Shown: positions 31,595 through 46,600, numbered from the stretch's first letter. The stretch: DNA of 64,000 bases from Antedon mediterranea (GCF_964355755.1 NC_092672.1:19729237-19793236), one strand, 5' to 3'. A program made the numbers and translations. Notes: generated from the sequence alone by a model not told the origin.

Positions 31595-32527
31595 TTGTTT
31601 AAAAATGGTGATAACTCTTGTTTTACAAATTATCGTCCAATTTCGTTGCTCCCTGCAATATCCAACATTTTTGAAAAAGTAATTTACAACCAATTATATT
31701 TGCACTTTCAAATAAATAAATTATTTTATAGCAGCCAATATGGTTTTCGGTCAGGCCATTCTACGGAATTAGCTGCACTTGAGCTTGTAGATAAAGTTAT
31801 TCAAGACATGGACAATTATGAAATACCAATTAACATATATTTGGACCTATCAAAAGCATTTGATACATTGGATCACAAAATAATGTTGCATAAATTGAAT
31901 CATTATGGCCTTCATTCGAATTCACTTAATCTTATGAAGGATTATTTAACTAATCGTAAACAATATGTGGACATTAATGGAACTCAATCTGATATTTTAC
32001 AGATAACTACAGGTGTTCCACAAGGATCAATACTGGGTCCGCTTTTGTTTATCATATACATAAACGATATCGCAAACGTTAGCACTATTTTTAAAACTAT
32101 AATATATGCAGACGATACAACACTTATAAGCACCCTCAGGACATGTAATCCAATTAACAACATTCTCAACATTGAACTTGATAAAGTTAGTGAATGGCTT
32201 AAATTAAACAAATTATCTTTAAATGTGTTGAAATCGAAGTATATGATATTTCATATGAGTAAACGTCGTGTTGATACGTTGGATATAGAAATTGACAATG
32301 TTAAGATTCAGCGGGTTCATAATTTCAACTTCCTTGGTATAATAATTAATGAACATCTAAATTGGAATAGCCATGGTGATTATATTTCAAATAAGATTTC
32401 CAAAACTATTGGCATTTTAAATAAACTCAAGCGCTTTATCCCAGCAAATGTTATGAATATTTTATATAACTCTTTAGTTGTTTCACACATAAATTATGGT
32501 ATACTGCTTTGTATGTTTATACAGTAG
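31595..32527 (+). pseudogene. LINE reverse transcriptase fragment (CR1/L2/Crack-like), truncated at both ends
   Basis: NYRPISLLP, QYGFR, YLDLSKAFD, GVPQGSILGP, YADD, FLG. No ORF1 or endonuclease; internal deletion just upstream (about 31570); stops at YGILL. Confidence 0.9.
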
Positions 32528-32845
32528 TACAGTTAAAACTTAAGAAAGCGATAAAATGGCAAGAGGCAATAATAAAAAGATTAAAATGTAGGCCTACAAT
32601 AAAAATGCAAACATTTTTTTTAATTTGGAATAATTTATATAACTTTAAAAGTCATTGCAGTCATTTCCCAGGTACGTACTTCTCAAGATCCAGGTCATAG
32701 AATGTAGAGTAACTCTACTTCAGCAGCAGCACACGTGTGTGATGGCATGATGGTTCATCAAAAAAAGTTCTCAAAATGAAACATGGATGTGGTGAACAAG
32801 TTGTTACGTTTGTTACTGGTAATATTTTGTGGTAATAATGTATAG

Positions 32846-33922
32846 GGGTGTCACGAAAGCTCAGACCACGAAAGCTCAGACCCCCTAAGACCTAAGATCA
32901 CGAAAGCTAAGACCTAACACCTAAGATTACAAATACTAAGATATACTACAGCTTAAAAACAATACTTGTTTATCCATACATAATTTTAAACACAGTAGGT
33001 TTCATTTATTACCATAAATATAATTTAATACTACCGCAAAACATAGATAAACTCACATTATTTTCGCCCGTTGAGTAAATGTATATTTTTTCTTTACAAC
33101 AAACAAACTTGACGGGTTGTTTGTTGGTATATATTTACTCCATTGTGTTGGTTCAGAGGATGTTTTACTTACGCACCTGCCTTTCTTGTATTTTGACTCC
33201 AAATTTGTTGACTAACTTTATCCTGAACACCACACATTAAAATTAGGACTTATAAGTACTTTCAGAAGGAGAAACACATAATAACAAATAAATAAATCCT
33301 TTAAATTGATGATTTTACAGATGTGTTTCTTTGTATACTGTAATGTAACTCCTCGAGCTCCCCATGCTCAATGTTTTTGTTTCTATGGAGCGCCAAAAGA
33401 GCAACAATAATAGTACAAGTATAAAAACAGAAAGAAAACGAAACAAAAAAACTTGTGATTTTTAAATGAAAATTTATTTGCCAGTATTTATTTCTTCGTA
33501 CTTGCATGATTATACTATTATCATTACAATTTTAATTTTACATTGTTCCATCCACACTGTAGATGGACTCCACAGAGTTTTCAGCCCTCTATATAATTTT
33601 TGCTCTTTTGACGTTCCATAGAAACAAAAACATTGAACATGGCCCATGGGGTAGGCCTACTGTACTGTAGGCTAGTCATTTTGTGTGCGAGAAAAACGTC
33701 TGTAAAATCATCAATTTAAAAATGTATTTGTTACTTTTTATGTGATTCTTTTTCATGAAAGTGCCAATTCTAAGGTGTGGTATTCAGAATAAATGTTAGG
33801 AGTTAAAATACAAGGCAGGTGCGAAAGATAAATATTTGTAATCTTAGGTGTTGGGTCTTAGCTTTCGTGATCTTAGGTCTTAGGGGGTCTGAGCTTTCGT
33901 GGTCTGAGCTTTCGTGACACCC
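32846..33922. mobile_element. MULE-like non-autonomous element, copy 2
   Basis: Near-identical to 30034-31119; own 10-bp TSD taatgtatag (32836-32845, 33923-33932). Confidence 0.9.
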
Positions 33923-34421
33923 TAATGTATAGTATAGTGAATGTTGATAGACAAAAATGGCGAAATAAATGTAAAGGTACACTCTACTAAACTACTAGGC
34001 TAGCCTAGGCCTAAATACTACTCTACTACTACTAGTCTAGGCCTAGCTAAGCCCTAGGCTAAGTGTCTGTAGGCGTACTACTACTTATGTAGGGTGATGT
34101 AGGCCTATGGCTATACTAGACAAAAAGGGTGCTGGAGTAATAGTATCGTAGAAGGAACAGGTAGGCTGGCCCAGGCCTAGTACAAGTTAGGCCTATAGCT
34201 AGCTAGGCCTAGGTACTGTTTAGGCATAGCATACTACGTACTAGGCCTGTCTTGCTTACTAGGCCTAGGCATAATATTAGGCCTATACAGTAGGATAGAT
34301 AATCATAGCACTTTTCCTACTGGAATTACGGAAAGACTTAAAAAAAAAGGTTTCAAGATGATTTTAGGGGCCAAACCATATCATATAATATAATTATAAA
34401 TAAAGGAAGTACATTTGTTAA

Positions 34422-35199
34422 CGCCGTGGCTAAAGATACGGTACCGTATTCTAACTTCTGTTTACTAAAGGTACGGTAAAATTGCATTACGTCATAACCA
34501 GCCAATGGGGTGCTGGTACGTGTGTGACGTCATCGTATAAGGACTTTGGATTTTTTCATATCACGAAAACAGTGATCAACCGCATTTTCTTTATGCTTCA
34601 TTTATCGCGATTATCGCCGTCGTGTGTGACAAAAACTAAATGTAGCCTACGTCTGTTATTATTATTAAATATTATTGAAAAGCCAAAACATGTTGATTTT
34701 AATTCTAGAATACAAAAAACCGTTTCAAAAGAGGCCTAGGCCTACTTACTACGTACTATATAACCTCATTATATGAGTTTGTTTGTGTAGGGAAAGCGAT
34801 GCCAGGCTGGGTATGTTGACATGTGTGCGCTGATTTCTGTGACTCAGACCTGGGGCTACTGTCTAAAAATCATAGTATTTGAGGGCCCCTTTATTGTCCG
34901 CATTTGCTTGTTGTTTATGGTCACCATTGTAAACAAAGTTTAATAAAAAATATAGGCCTAAAGGCCATTTGGAATAAAACCCTCATCAGCGCACACACGT
35001 ACACCCATGCAGCCTGGCGCCGCCGTCAGGAATTCTCAACATACACAACAGACGCGATATGAAAAAAAAATCAAAAGTCCTTATACGATGACGTCACACA
35101 CGTACTAGCACCCCATTGGCTGATTATGACGTAATGCAATTTTACCGTATCTTTAGTAAACAGAAGTTAGAATACGGTACCGTATCTTTAGCCACAGCG
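34422..35199. mobile_element. MULE-like MITE with long TIRs
   Basis: TIRs of at least 130 bp, cgc(c/t)gtggctaaagatacggtaccg...; 9-bp TSD atttgttaa (34413-34421, 35200-35208). Confidence 0.88.
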
Positions 35200-35636
35200 A
35201 TTTGTTAAACATCTTTGTATAAAAATTGATTAAATTCACATCTTTAATGAATGGTGGTACAGAATAGTTGTAGCTCTGTTGTTAAGAAAGCTAATTGTAA
35301 TACTGTACTCCCTGTCCAAATTGGTGGGCTGCCTTTTGATGGATTACTTCCTGGCCTAGCCTTTGATGATAAGATGGAAGCAATGGATTAACTGAATAAA
35401 GTTTACTTAGAACAGTAGGTGTGTGTTTATAACAAAGAAAGATGAATGTTTTCATTTTTTAGTGAATTACTGATTCTATTTAACTCAGCACTGCCTTGAA
35501 AATTTCTCCCCATTACATTCAAGTCACAAACATTAACTAATGCCAAGGCATGATAACATGCTGCCACAGCTGCCAGCTATACTGCAGTATCACCTAGTTT
35601 ATTTAGCAGGGTTCTGGAATATCAGCAGAAGTTGTA

Positions 35637-37079
35637 GCAAAGCATCTTGCATCTTATGGTTTGTTACCTTCAGTAGCTATTAAATCAAATCAATATCACA
35701 GGCAGAATAGCAAAGAATCTTGCATCTTATGGTTGTTACCTTCAGTAGCTATTAAATCAAATCATTATCACAGGCAGAATAGCAAAGCATCTTGCATATT
35801 ATGGTTGTTACCTTCAGTAGCTATTAAATCAAATCAATATAACAGGCAGAATAGCAAAGCATCTTGCATCTTATGGTTGTTACCTTCAGTAGCTATTAAA
35901 TCAAATCATTATCACAGGCAGAATAGCAAAGCATCTTGCATCTTGTGGTTGTTACATTCAGTAGCTATTAAATCAAATCAATATCACAGGCAGAATAGCA
36001 AAGCATCTTGCATCTTGTGGTTGTTACCTTCAGTAGCTATTAAATCAAATCATTATCACAGGCAGAATAGCAAAGCATCTTGCATCTTATGGTTGTTACC
36101 TTCAGTAGCTATTAAATCAAATCATTATCACAGGCAGAATAGCAAAGCATCTTGCATCTTGTGGTTGTTACCTTCAGTAGCTATTAAATCAAATCAATAT
36201 CACAGGAAGAATAGCAAAGCATCTTGCATCTTATGGTTGTTACCTTCAGTAGCTATTAAATCAAATCAATATCACAGGCAGAATAGCAAAGCATCTTGTA
36301 TCTTATGGTTGTTACCTTCAGTAGCTATTAAATCAAATCAATATCACAGGCAGAATAGCAAAGCATCTTGCATCTTGTGGTTGTTACCTTCAGTAGCTAT
36401 TAATTCAAATCATTATCACAGGCAGAATAGCAAAGCATCTTGCATCTTGTGGTTGTTACCTTCAGTAGCTATTAAATCAAATCATTATCACAGGCAGAAT
36501 AGCAAAGCATCTTGCATCTTGTGGTTGTTACCTTCAGTAGCTATTAAATCAAATCAATATCACAGGCAGAATAGCAAAGCATCTTGCATCTTGTGGTTAT
36601 TACCTTCAGTAGCTATTAAATCAAATCATTATCACAGGCAGAATAGCAAAGCATCTTGCATCTTATGGTTGTTACCTTCAGTAGCTATTAAATCAAATCA
36701 TTATCACAGGCAGAATAGTAGCAAAGCATCTTGCATCTTATGGTTGTTACCTTCAGTAGCTATTAAATCAAATCATTATCACAGGCAGAATAGCAAAGCA
36801 TCTTGCATCTTATGGTTGTTACCTTCAGTAGCTATTAAATCAAATCATTATCACAGGCAGAATAGCAAAGCATCTTGTATCTTATGGTTGTTACCTTCAG
36901 TAGCTATTAAACCAAATCAATATCACAGGCAGAATAGGAAAGCATCTTGCATCTTATGGTTGTTACCTTCAGTAGCTATTAAATCAAATCATTATCACAG
37001 GCAGAATAGCAAACCATCTTGCATCTTGTGGTTGTTACCTTCAGTAGCTATTAAATCAAATCAATATCACAGGCAGAAT
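35637..37079. repeat. 72-bp minisatellite, about 20 copies
   Basis: Unit gcaaagcatcttgcatctt(a/g)tggttgttaccttcagtagctattaaatcaaatca(a/t)tatcacaggcagaata. Confidence 0.97.
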
Positions 37080-38949
37080 GGCAACATTTTATTTTAACAT
37101 ATTTAAAAACACTATATTTAAAACTGTACCTTAGTATATGAACATAATAAAAACTGTAAATCAAGAAAAACAACATAAAAAAGGTAAGTCACAATGTGTA
37201 CATCATTCAACAGTCTGATGGAATATGAATTGATGATACAAAATGAATTTAAATATCTTGTCACCTGACCATTGCACAATCTTAGTGAATTCAGTCTTTT
37301 ATCTCATTTTTATTTACCAAATAAAGAGTGATTTAAATCCTCACATATTTTCATAGCCTTTGTCAGCTTATTGGGGTTTGATCATGTCATCTGGACTGAT
37401 TTTAATAATATTTGTTTTTCTCTTTTATTCTCTATCTAGAAAATCATGGCACTTTCAACTTTTAAATCCCAAAAAATAAAAAAATTATTATAAACACTCA
37501 TGTAAAGAATTTGTCAAATTTTATATAAAATTATAAATATTTATTAACATTGTAAATAAGTCAATACAGTAATTGTGTCATATTTGTTGTGATTGTTTGT
37601 TATCCAAACATGATCAATATTTGTATACATTACCTTTTTTTTATACATCATTAATGATCATAAACAGTTTAAATTTGTAACTTTATCATATAGATTTTGC
37701 CTCTTTCACTGTAAATGAATTGATAAAATGCACTTTGTGAAGTGAAACAAATTAATGTAATAAAATTCACTTAATTAAATAAATTAAATCAATAAATTTA
37801 AACTCAGATTACAAATACTGCCACCAGTGTCCCAACATTTGAGATCACTTTTTTCTTATAAATACTGCCACCAATGTAAGCTTATTTGTTTTCTTTGCTG
37901 TTCTATATTTGTAATCAATACAAAGGTTAAAGTGTAAATATTACCTTTTATGGATTCTCTGCCTACAGTGTTGAGCCTAATCTAATACTGTTTTACTTAA
38001 ATTGTACAAAGGGTTCTTAAAACTTATCCACATGTCTAAATTAGATTGAAGTTCTTCAATTCAATTGTTATTTACAGTTTTGCTGAAAGAAATTGATAGG
38101 TTGCAAATTTAAATTGATTTAACAAAGTTACGAATGTGAATTAAGAGATTGTTCCAAATGGCTGGAATGACATTAAAAAAGAATATTTAAGAGAGTTACA
38201 ATGGACAAAAGGGATACAGAAAGTGGGGAAATTTCTTCTTTGATTAATAAAGTATTACTGACAAAAACGTTTCATTATTTTGTGCTTTGGCCTATAGAGG
38301 GCGTTTTTAAGAATGGTGTTGTTAATTGTTCAAACATTTTAAAAGATTACTTTGTACTGCTCATATTTATTTTGCAGGGTGTGAGTGAGTGTAGCTACTG
38401 TATGACACAAAGTCCAATGTTATTGAACTTCCTTCAATACAGACTTGTAAACAATTACTATTATGTAATTTGCACATTTTGAGCTTTGCTGTCATGTGAC
38501 TATAAAATCACATAAAATCAATTTTCAATAAAATCATTAAATTCATTTTTAAACATTATATTTGATTAATTTATTCACCATATGACATGATCAAAAAGAA
38601 AAATCAATATGCATCTGTACTATAAGATGCTTTTATTAAAATGTCATTATAGCACATGGCAGAATTGGAAGTAAAGTTTGACAATAGTAAAAAATAGTTG
38701 AAATGGTAAATCATACAAAATGATAATCTATACAAAATTAACAAATCAGGATAACAAGAAACAAACATGATACAAATAAGATAACAATTTATTTGACATT
38801 GACATTATCTTATATTATGACCTTTGTATTTTCTATTTATTTTACCTTGTCTTTAACCAATATTACATTTGAAATTGTAGGGCAATGATAAAATGAAAGC
38901 AAACATTAAATTATGCGACTTTGAATACTTGATTGACACAAACAATTTA

Positions 38950-39205
38950 TAACAATTCTTGTCCAGTATTGGTCTTCATTATTCCATATCTTTAAAAGTA
39001 AAATGTTCACTGTAGAGTATTTGTGTTGTAGCTGTTTAACAATTCCTGTCCAGTATTGGTCTTCATTTCATGTCTTTAAAAGTAAAATGTTTACTGTAGA
39101 GTATTTGTGATGTAGCTGTTTAACAATTCTTGTCCGGTATTGGTCTTCATTTCATGTCTTTAAAAGTAAAATGTTCATTATAGAGTATTTGTGTTGTAGC
39201 TGTTT
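38950..39205. repeat. 84-87-bp tandem repeat, 3 copies
   Basis: taacaattc(t/c)tgtcc(a/g)gtattggtcttcatt... at 38950, 39037 and 39121. Confidence 0.9.
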
Positions 39206-41752
39206 GTCATGTTGGTTTACCTGCTTGTCTTTACATTCTATTAGTATGTTAAACATTTTCTACAGTAAAGAGTTAAGTTGTACATTTTACCCAGTTGTTT
39301 CTTGTGTATGGGCAAAGTGTAATAAATAATAATCTTTATTGAAAATGATACCTTAATATTTTCATCTGTTGCAACTGATATTACAATTTCTTGAGTTGTA
39401 GATTGTATACCTTTGAAATCTCCTGTCTGATTCAGCAGCCGGTTATCTAATGTATACATTTTAGTTTTCTTTATAGTTGTTTAACTTCATAGGTAGAATA
39501 ATCATGTTGTCATGCTGTATGTCATAATATTTGAATGGGTTCATACAGCACAACTTAGTTTGTTTGTATTAATAGTTTATATGATCATTTTCTTTGGTTT
39601 TTTGCCTGTAAAAATTCAATTGGTTAGATTTTGTCTTGTCTCTCGTTAAGTAGGCCTACTAAAATTGTTTAATAAAGAATATATTTAACACCAATGTTGG
39701 CCCTGCCTGTTGTGTGAACTTAGACTACATTAATCTAATAACCTTTGCCTTAGTTTACTGTTTGTTTGTCACCCTGTTATTCCCCTTAGTAATATCATCT
39801 GATAAGCTTTTTAAAGCAATTAAACCAGGCTTTAATTGTTGCACTATTGTACTTGTAGCATTAAATATAGTAGGTTTATTTATATACTTTTTTAAACACT
39901 CTAAAGTAAAATTCACAATAAACTTTTTACAGTTTGTCTTCTGTCTTTATACAATTTTGTTTCAATATTACTATCAACCAAATTACAAAATAGTGTATAA
40001 TTTACTTTATTAATATTTAAAACCAAAGTTGTTTTTTTAAATCTTTAAATTCAACGATCAAAGTCTTTTATCAAATTGTTTGTTGACTGATTAGCAATTG
40101 TGCTCTGTATTTTATTTACTATAAATTTATAAAAATTGACAAGTTATATTATCATTCAAGCAATATAAGTTTTTTATTTTTTTTTTACACAATAAACGTG
40201 AGTCTTTGAAGAATTTCATTTCGCTTCTAAGTGTATCAAAGCAAGAGTAAACGGAGAGTACTTTCCTCAAACGTTTAAATCTCTATATGAAATCTTTATC
40301 AACTCACGTCATGACATCATCAGTTGTTGATGATGTTGTATTGAAGGTCATGCGGTCCCTGGCCAGGTGAGAATGCAATTAGGTGATTGTACAGATTGTT
40401 CATTGTTTTATCTATCTTCCTTCTAATGTTTGACTCTCTAATTGACTCTGTCTATCTTTCCATTTTGTTTCCTTAGATAGGATGTTTGCCTCCCAGTTTG
40501 GTACATGATTTTCACCTGGCCAGGCACCGTACAACCTCCAATCTACAACCGGAAGAGGCGTACGACGTCAGCATCCTTTAATAATTCACCTTTGACACAG
40601 AATGTGATAGAGTTAAGTTATGAATCATTGTTATGTTGTTCAAAGATCTAGAGCACAAAATATCTATTCTATTATTGGAATAGCGTTCAGTAGGACCAAC
40701 ACAATTTCAGTCGGTATTTGATTTTCACATTTATTTTCGTTTTTTCTTAACTTTAATTTTTTTATCGTGTGCTTCACTTTGTATCATTTATACTTGTTTT
40801 TATTACAACAGAAAATTTATTTAAATAAAAATGTAAAATTGAATGCAAAACTTTCTTTGTTTTGTTGATTACAGCTTTAATTGAAGCCATAATGAAAAAA
40901 AAAACCAAAAAACTCTGGCATATAGTAATGTAGGAAATATAAATAAGTGAATATTTACAATTAAAACAAATTTATAAATTTACAAACTACCCATTAACAA
41001 TGCTGAAGTATTCAAAGTCCAAATACAGTGTATTTTGTAAGGACCTTCTGTTATCAGTATTAGTGGTTGCAGGTTATACTTACACCACCTGATTTACAAA
41101 AACCTATACATTTATGTTGATATTGTTTTTGTTATCCTAACTCCAGGGAAGTGACTTGAGTTTCTTGCAGTGGCACTCTTTGTTGTAATGTTCATTTGAA
41201 TAATGTCTTGTATGAACCTCATCTCATTTAGTGATTGTATTATAGTATTTTGTCTAATTTCAAGTACAATTATATAATTGTATTTTCACAAGACCTTAAT
41301 CAGTCATTATTAGAGTTTACCTGAGGTACCTTGCTACACCTTGTTTGCTTTACCTAAAATAGTAATTCACGTTGGTTTGTAGTTGTAATCAACTAAATGA
41401 TAAGAACAAAGCAAACACTAAGTCACGCTATGTTGTAATTTGTATAGAATCCATTGAATTGCACTGGTTATCACTATATAAATAATGATATAAAAGTGTT
41501 TGGTCTTCTGTACAAAAACCACTTGCATTCAACTTTTGAAGAGGAAATGTTGCATATTTTGGATTTCTTTTATTTTAGCATTGCTCCACTGTAAGTGTTG
41601 TAGGTCTAGAAATATTATAATATTATTTGATAGAGGAGGCATTGGTTGAGGAAATTGTTGATAGAAGAGACAATGATTGGATTATATATTTACTCTATTT
41701 CAACATCATGTTCAGTACTTTTAGTCCTAGTACTGTATTAATATTGATTATT

Positions 41753-42757
41753 GTCAAAATTAGAGGAAGGGATAGTATTTAGGTTGAGTTTAAAGCCACA
41801 ATCTGCAGATGATCCTCTAATGATGTGATGAGCTGTCAAATTAGAGGAAGGGGTAGTATTTAGGTTGAGTTTAAAGCCACAATCTACAGATGATCCCAAT
41901 GATTGCTTCATTCTTTGCCATTGTGATGAGCTGTCAAAATTAGAGGGAGGGGTAGTATTTCGGTTGAGTTTAAAGCCACAATCTACAGATGATCCCAATG
42001 ATTGCTTCATTCTTTGCCATTGTGATGAGCTGTCAAAATTAGAGGGAGGGGTAGTATTTAGGTTGAGTTTAAAGCCACAATCTGCAGATGATCCTCTAAT
42101 GATGTGGTGAGCTGTCAAAATTAGAGGGAGGGGTAGTATTTAGGTTGAGTTTAAAGCCACAATCTGCAGATGATCCTCTAATGATGTGATGAGCTGTCAA
42201 ATTAGAGGAAGGGGTAGTATTTAGGTTGAGTTTAAAGCCACAATCTACAGATGATCCCAATGATTGCTTCATTCTTTGCCATTGTGATGAGCTGTCAAAA
42301 TTAGAGGGAGGGGTAGTATTTAGGTTGAGTTTAAAGCCACAATCTGCAGATGATCCTCTAATGATGTGATGAGCTGTCAAAATTAGAGGGAGGGGTAGTA
42401 TTTAGGTTGAGTTTAAAGCCACAATCTGCAGATGATCCTCTAATGATGTGATGAGCTGTCAAATTAGAGGAAGGGGTAGTATTTAGGTTGAGTTTAAAGC
42501 CACAATCTACAGATGATCCCAATGATTGCTTCATTCTTTGCCATTGTGATGAGCTGTCAAAATTAGAGGGAGGGGTAGTATTTAGGTTGAGTTTAAAGCC
42601 ACAATCTGCAGATGATCCCAATGATTGCTTCATTGTTTGCCATTGTGATGAGCTGTCAAAATTAGAGGGAGGGGTAGTATTTAGGTTGAGTTTAAAGCCA
42701 CAATCTACAGATGATCCCAATGATTGCTTCATTCTTTGCCATTGTGATGAGTTGTCA
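41753..42757. repeat. Compound minisatellite of ~99-bp (L) and ~82-bp (S) units, 11 units
   Basis: Order S L L S S L S S L L L; the L unit matches that at 16229-16530. Confidence 0.95.
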
Positions 42758-42965
42758 CACAAGTTTCTTTTTATCATTAAGTATCTACCTCTAGTATTCA
42801 AATAACTCATAATATTATCATCATGTTTTAATGTCTGTGAAAAGAAGCTGTGTATTTATTAATGCAGTTTACTTTAATATAAAATTATTTGAATTGAAAA
42901 ATTGTTTTTTTTTATAATATAACATTATACATTGTTTTTGCGTTTTCTTTCAGTTTAGCAATACA

Positions 42966-43016
42966 ATGGCTCTCCATGGATGGCTCGTTGATCTTTGTAA
43001 AGAAAATGATCTTGAG
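42966..43016 (+). CDS. Ankyrin-repeat gene copy B, first coding exon (MALHGWLVDLCKENDLE)
   Basis: Acceptor ttttctttcag ends at 42953, ATG at 42966, donor GAG|gtagcc. Confidence 0.7.
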
Positions 43017-43624
43017 GTAGCCAATTTACACTGTTTGGATAATAGCATTTGACCAGCAACAATTATAGCAACACTATCACATTAGCAACTTAAAAAATTA
43101 TTATAATTATTAGCTTATGATCTGGAATCAAAAGAGAACTAAAACAAGTAACTAAATAAATTAAAAATTTAACTTACAGTATCACAATGGATCACAATAA
43201 TCACTGTAGTGCTTATAGACACTGTTGGCTCATTTGATGTGATTGTTTTGATTTAATTATTTGACCAGCATAATAATATCGACACAATACAACATATGAA
43301 AGATGAAAAATGCTGGGCAGGGGCAGATTAAGAAAAATGCATTGCTGTAAATCAATGAGCCAGCTACACCTCATATAAAAATAAATATAAAAACAAATAA
43401 TTAAATACAAATTTTATTAAAATTTTTCTATAAAAATATGTCTACAAAATTAATGTAAATACAAAATTTAAGACAAGAAGAAAAAAAAACTTATTTATTT
43501 GGGCAATCTAATATTATTATAATGATAATATTGTAATATAATGTCGTCTATGTTTACTATAGTATATGAATTTTAATGAAAAATGTAACTGAATGCATAT
43601 TGATCTATATGTTTTATTTCATAG

Positions 43625-43699
43625 ATTGCAAGAGAAAAAACTGCTGAAGAAATTTTCCATTTCATTGTTAGCAACAATGCTGTCAACATCCAAGATCAG
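43625..43699 (+). CDS. Ankyrin-repeat gene copy B, exon 2 (IAREKTAEEIFHFIVSNNAVNIQDQ)
   Basis: tttcatag| ... CAG|gtatac, 75 bp. Confidence 0.75.
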
Positions 43700-46600
43700 G
43701 TATACATCAATTTGTTTTCCTTTGTAATGAATTTGATAATACAAACCTTAAATTACTTGACACTAATTAAAGTACATCAATACTAATTTGTTTTTAAGAT
43801 CTTTTATAAGTGTTCTCTGGTTGCATATTTTCAGTTAACATTCACACTGATTGTTAAAAGCATCATATTTTTTTCACTTCTTGAGCATTTTTTAGTGTTA
43901 AAAAGTATATTGTGTGTTTATATCTTATCTTAGCTGTCTGTTAGATGGTTTGTCAAAATAATTTAGTACATTTGTCTTTCAGTACAATTTGCTTAGACAA
44001 TTTGATTGGCTAATACCCGATTTGAATAATGGCTTGGTAACCCAATCCCCTGTAATTGTAATTAATTTCATAATCTGAACAATGATATAATTATTCATCT
44101 GTTGAACAAATAACTAAACAAACTTCATAAGAAATATATACATCACTGAAAAAAATACAAGGCAGTGAAAAAAAAGATGAACAGGTGTCAAACACTTCTA
44201 TCCACATTGGACCCCTTGTACAAATAACAAAACATAAAAACACAAACATTTAGGATATAAAAATAGCTGAAATGGTACTATTTTCAGTTTCATATATAAA
44301 GCACACAGACGCAACATGCCAACATTTACGACCTGGCCACAACAAGCATAATGGAGGTACACACCTAATTGGTGACAGTGGCTAAGGCTGCTTTTGTGCT
44401 TTCCTACATTGTCATTCATGCTTATATTAACAAATAAGGCCTATTTTTTTCTCTCTCTCTTTTGAATATAGATTACTTTTTAAAGGCACATAATTTAGCT
44501 CATCAGCTTTTGTATTTTTGTTATATGAACAAATTTCACACAGCAGTTTCATTTATTAAACTTTATCACTGGAAGAAAAATACAAGGCACAAGGCAGTGA
44601 AAAAAGTGATGAACAGGTGGCAAGCACTTCTATCCACATTTGACCCCTTGTACAAATAACAAAACATAAAAACACAAACATTTAAGATATAAAAATAGCT
44701 GAAATGATTCTATTTTAAGTTTCATATATAAAGCATACAACATGCCATCATTTACAAACTGGATTTCACACAGCAGTTTGAAACAAACAATTCAATTTTC
44801 CATTTATAAAATGTACCATAACATTAACAAATTGACAAAACCTAACCATTTAAAAAAAAAAAGGAGCCTAAAACATGGTAGAACACTGGAGGCCTTTTGT
44901 TTCCCCTTCCACCACCAGTTCCTGTGGCTGATTGTTCAAACTTTATATGATCATTTATATGATCATCCCAACATAGGTATGATGCTATTTTGACACCAAG
45001 ATTAGTTTGTGTTTTCTCAAAGATACAACCATTCTTCTGATAAAAATATGTGATGAGATGTTTATCATGTGATATAGAAATAATTTGAAAATTAATTTCC
45101 CATGTTACTCCATTGAATAAGAACATCATGTCCATCTGCAGCAAATGACAGTCATCAATGTTAATGATTGACTTGTAACATTTTCCCTATTTAAAATATA
45201 CGTCATGAACCAATCATGCACATTAATTTAGATGTTGGTGCATTACCCACTGCTTCTTGAGGCTGACATCAAACCCTATCAGCTCAAGCTCTGTGTTGTA
45301 TACAGATTTAACCACCAGACTAGTGACTGTTTTATTACTACAGTATTACTATTTTATTATTGTATTCAATTATTCAAGACCCAACAGTGTATCAAAACAC
45401 CAATACAGGATCAAAATAAAAGTACAGTATAACATATTTACATGGTAAAAATATTAACATAATTAAAAAACTATTCATTAAACATTAACAATTCAACAGA
45501 TTTAGTTATTCAAGTTATTAAAAATGACATTAAATGCTGTATAAGTATTAATGTATAAGTATTACAACTAAAAATATCAATGTTAGGAAAAATTTAACTA
45601 GATCATTATAAAGCTCTGTCTACACTATCAAACTTTATGTGACAAAAAAATGTGATGTGCCCATATATGGACAAGGCACACTTTTGTTGGTCAAACTAGT
45701 CTAGTGATAGTGTAGACATAGCTCAAGATTGACCAACATGACAGAAAGAACTATGAATGCAAAGAACATGAATTTTAAACCGCCCGGTGATATTGTCAAA
45801 ATTTGATTAAATAATTTGAAACAATAAAGATGAGGAAACATAAGAATATTTAATAGTTTAGGGTTATGACTGGTAGATGGTATACATATACAATTCATAA
45901 TAATTGTGATAATATAATTTAAAAATGATTGCTCATTTAACTGGCATATAATTAGTATGTTATGTTCAGGCCTAATTTGTCTAATTATTCTTAAGTACTT
46001 GACTACAGTCGGTATAACAAAGTATAATAGCAATAATAATTGTTATTCTTTCAATGATTATGATAACATACTGTCTGTTAGATCCTAAATGTATATCAAA
46101 GCAAGGCTGAAAATTAGTATTATACAATGTTTGTTATAAAAGACATTAAGTTTTAATTGATTAATTTTATTAGATATATTTTTGACACAGCAAAATAATA
46201 TGATTGTAAAAAGGTGATGTTATAATTACACTGTGTATAAAATAGAAATGCCTACACACAAACACACACTAATCAGTAGGCCTAAATGATTATCAACAAG
46301 TATGCCTATTACAAGTTGGAGTGGTGCAATTGAATAGTGAAAACCTGTTATTAACAGCTACAACACAATTTGAAATTTAAAATAAATTTTCCAGATTTAT
46401 AATTGCACTGTAAAATAATACTATAAAATTGTTCAAAATATGTAGGATGAAGGTTTATTTTAAAATAGCTTTTACTTACAGTCTGCCCAACTATTTCAAA
46501 ATAAAATTGATTATAGATGATATAGTTAGTATTATCTGTTTTATATTTCAGAATTCAAGTATACCTTGATCATGAGCATAACAATAGTTTACACAAACAA

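Noticed and set aside
30034-33922. Composite transposon carrying an RT between two MULE copies
   Set aside because: Each copy has its own distinct 10-bp TSD, so they inserted independently; the RT is a truncated LINE piece.
35661-37097. 478-aa repeat protein
   Set aside because: Coextensive with a 72-bp minisatellite; TTG start, no unique domain or splice context; open only because the unit lacks a stop in one frame.
40265-40325. Minus-strand hammerhead ribozyme (ttgataaag...aaacg)
   Set aside because: Core lacks intact CUGANGA and GAAA, and no flanking helices could be built.
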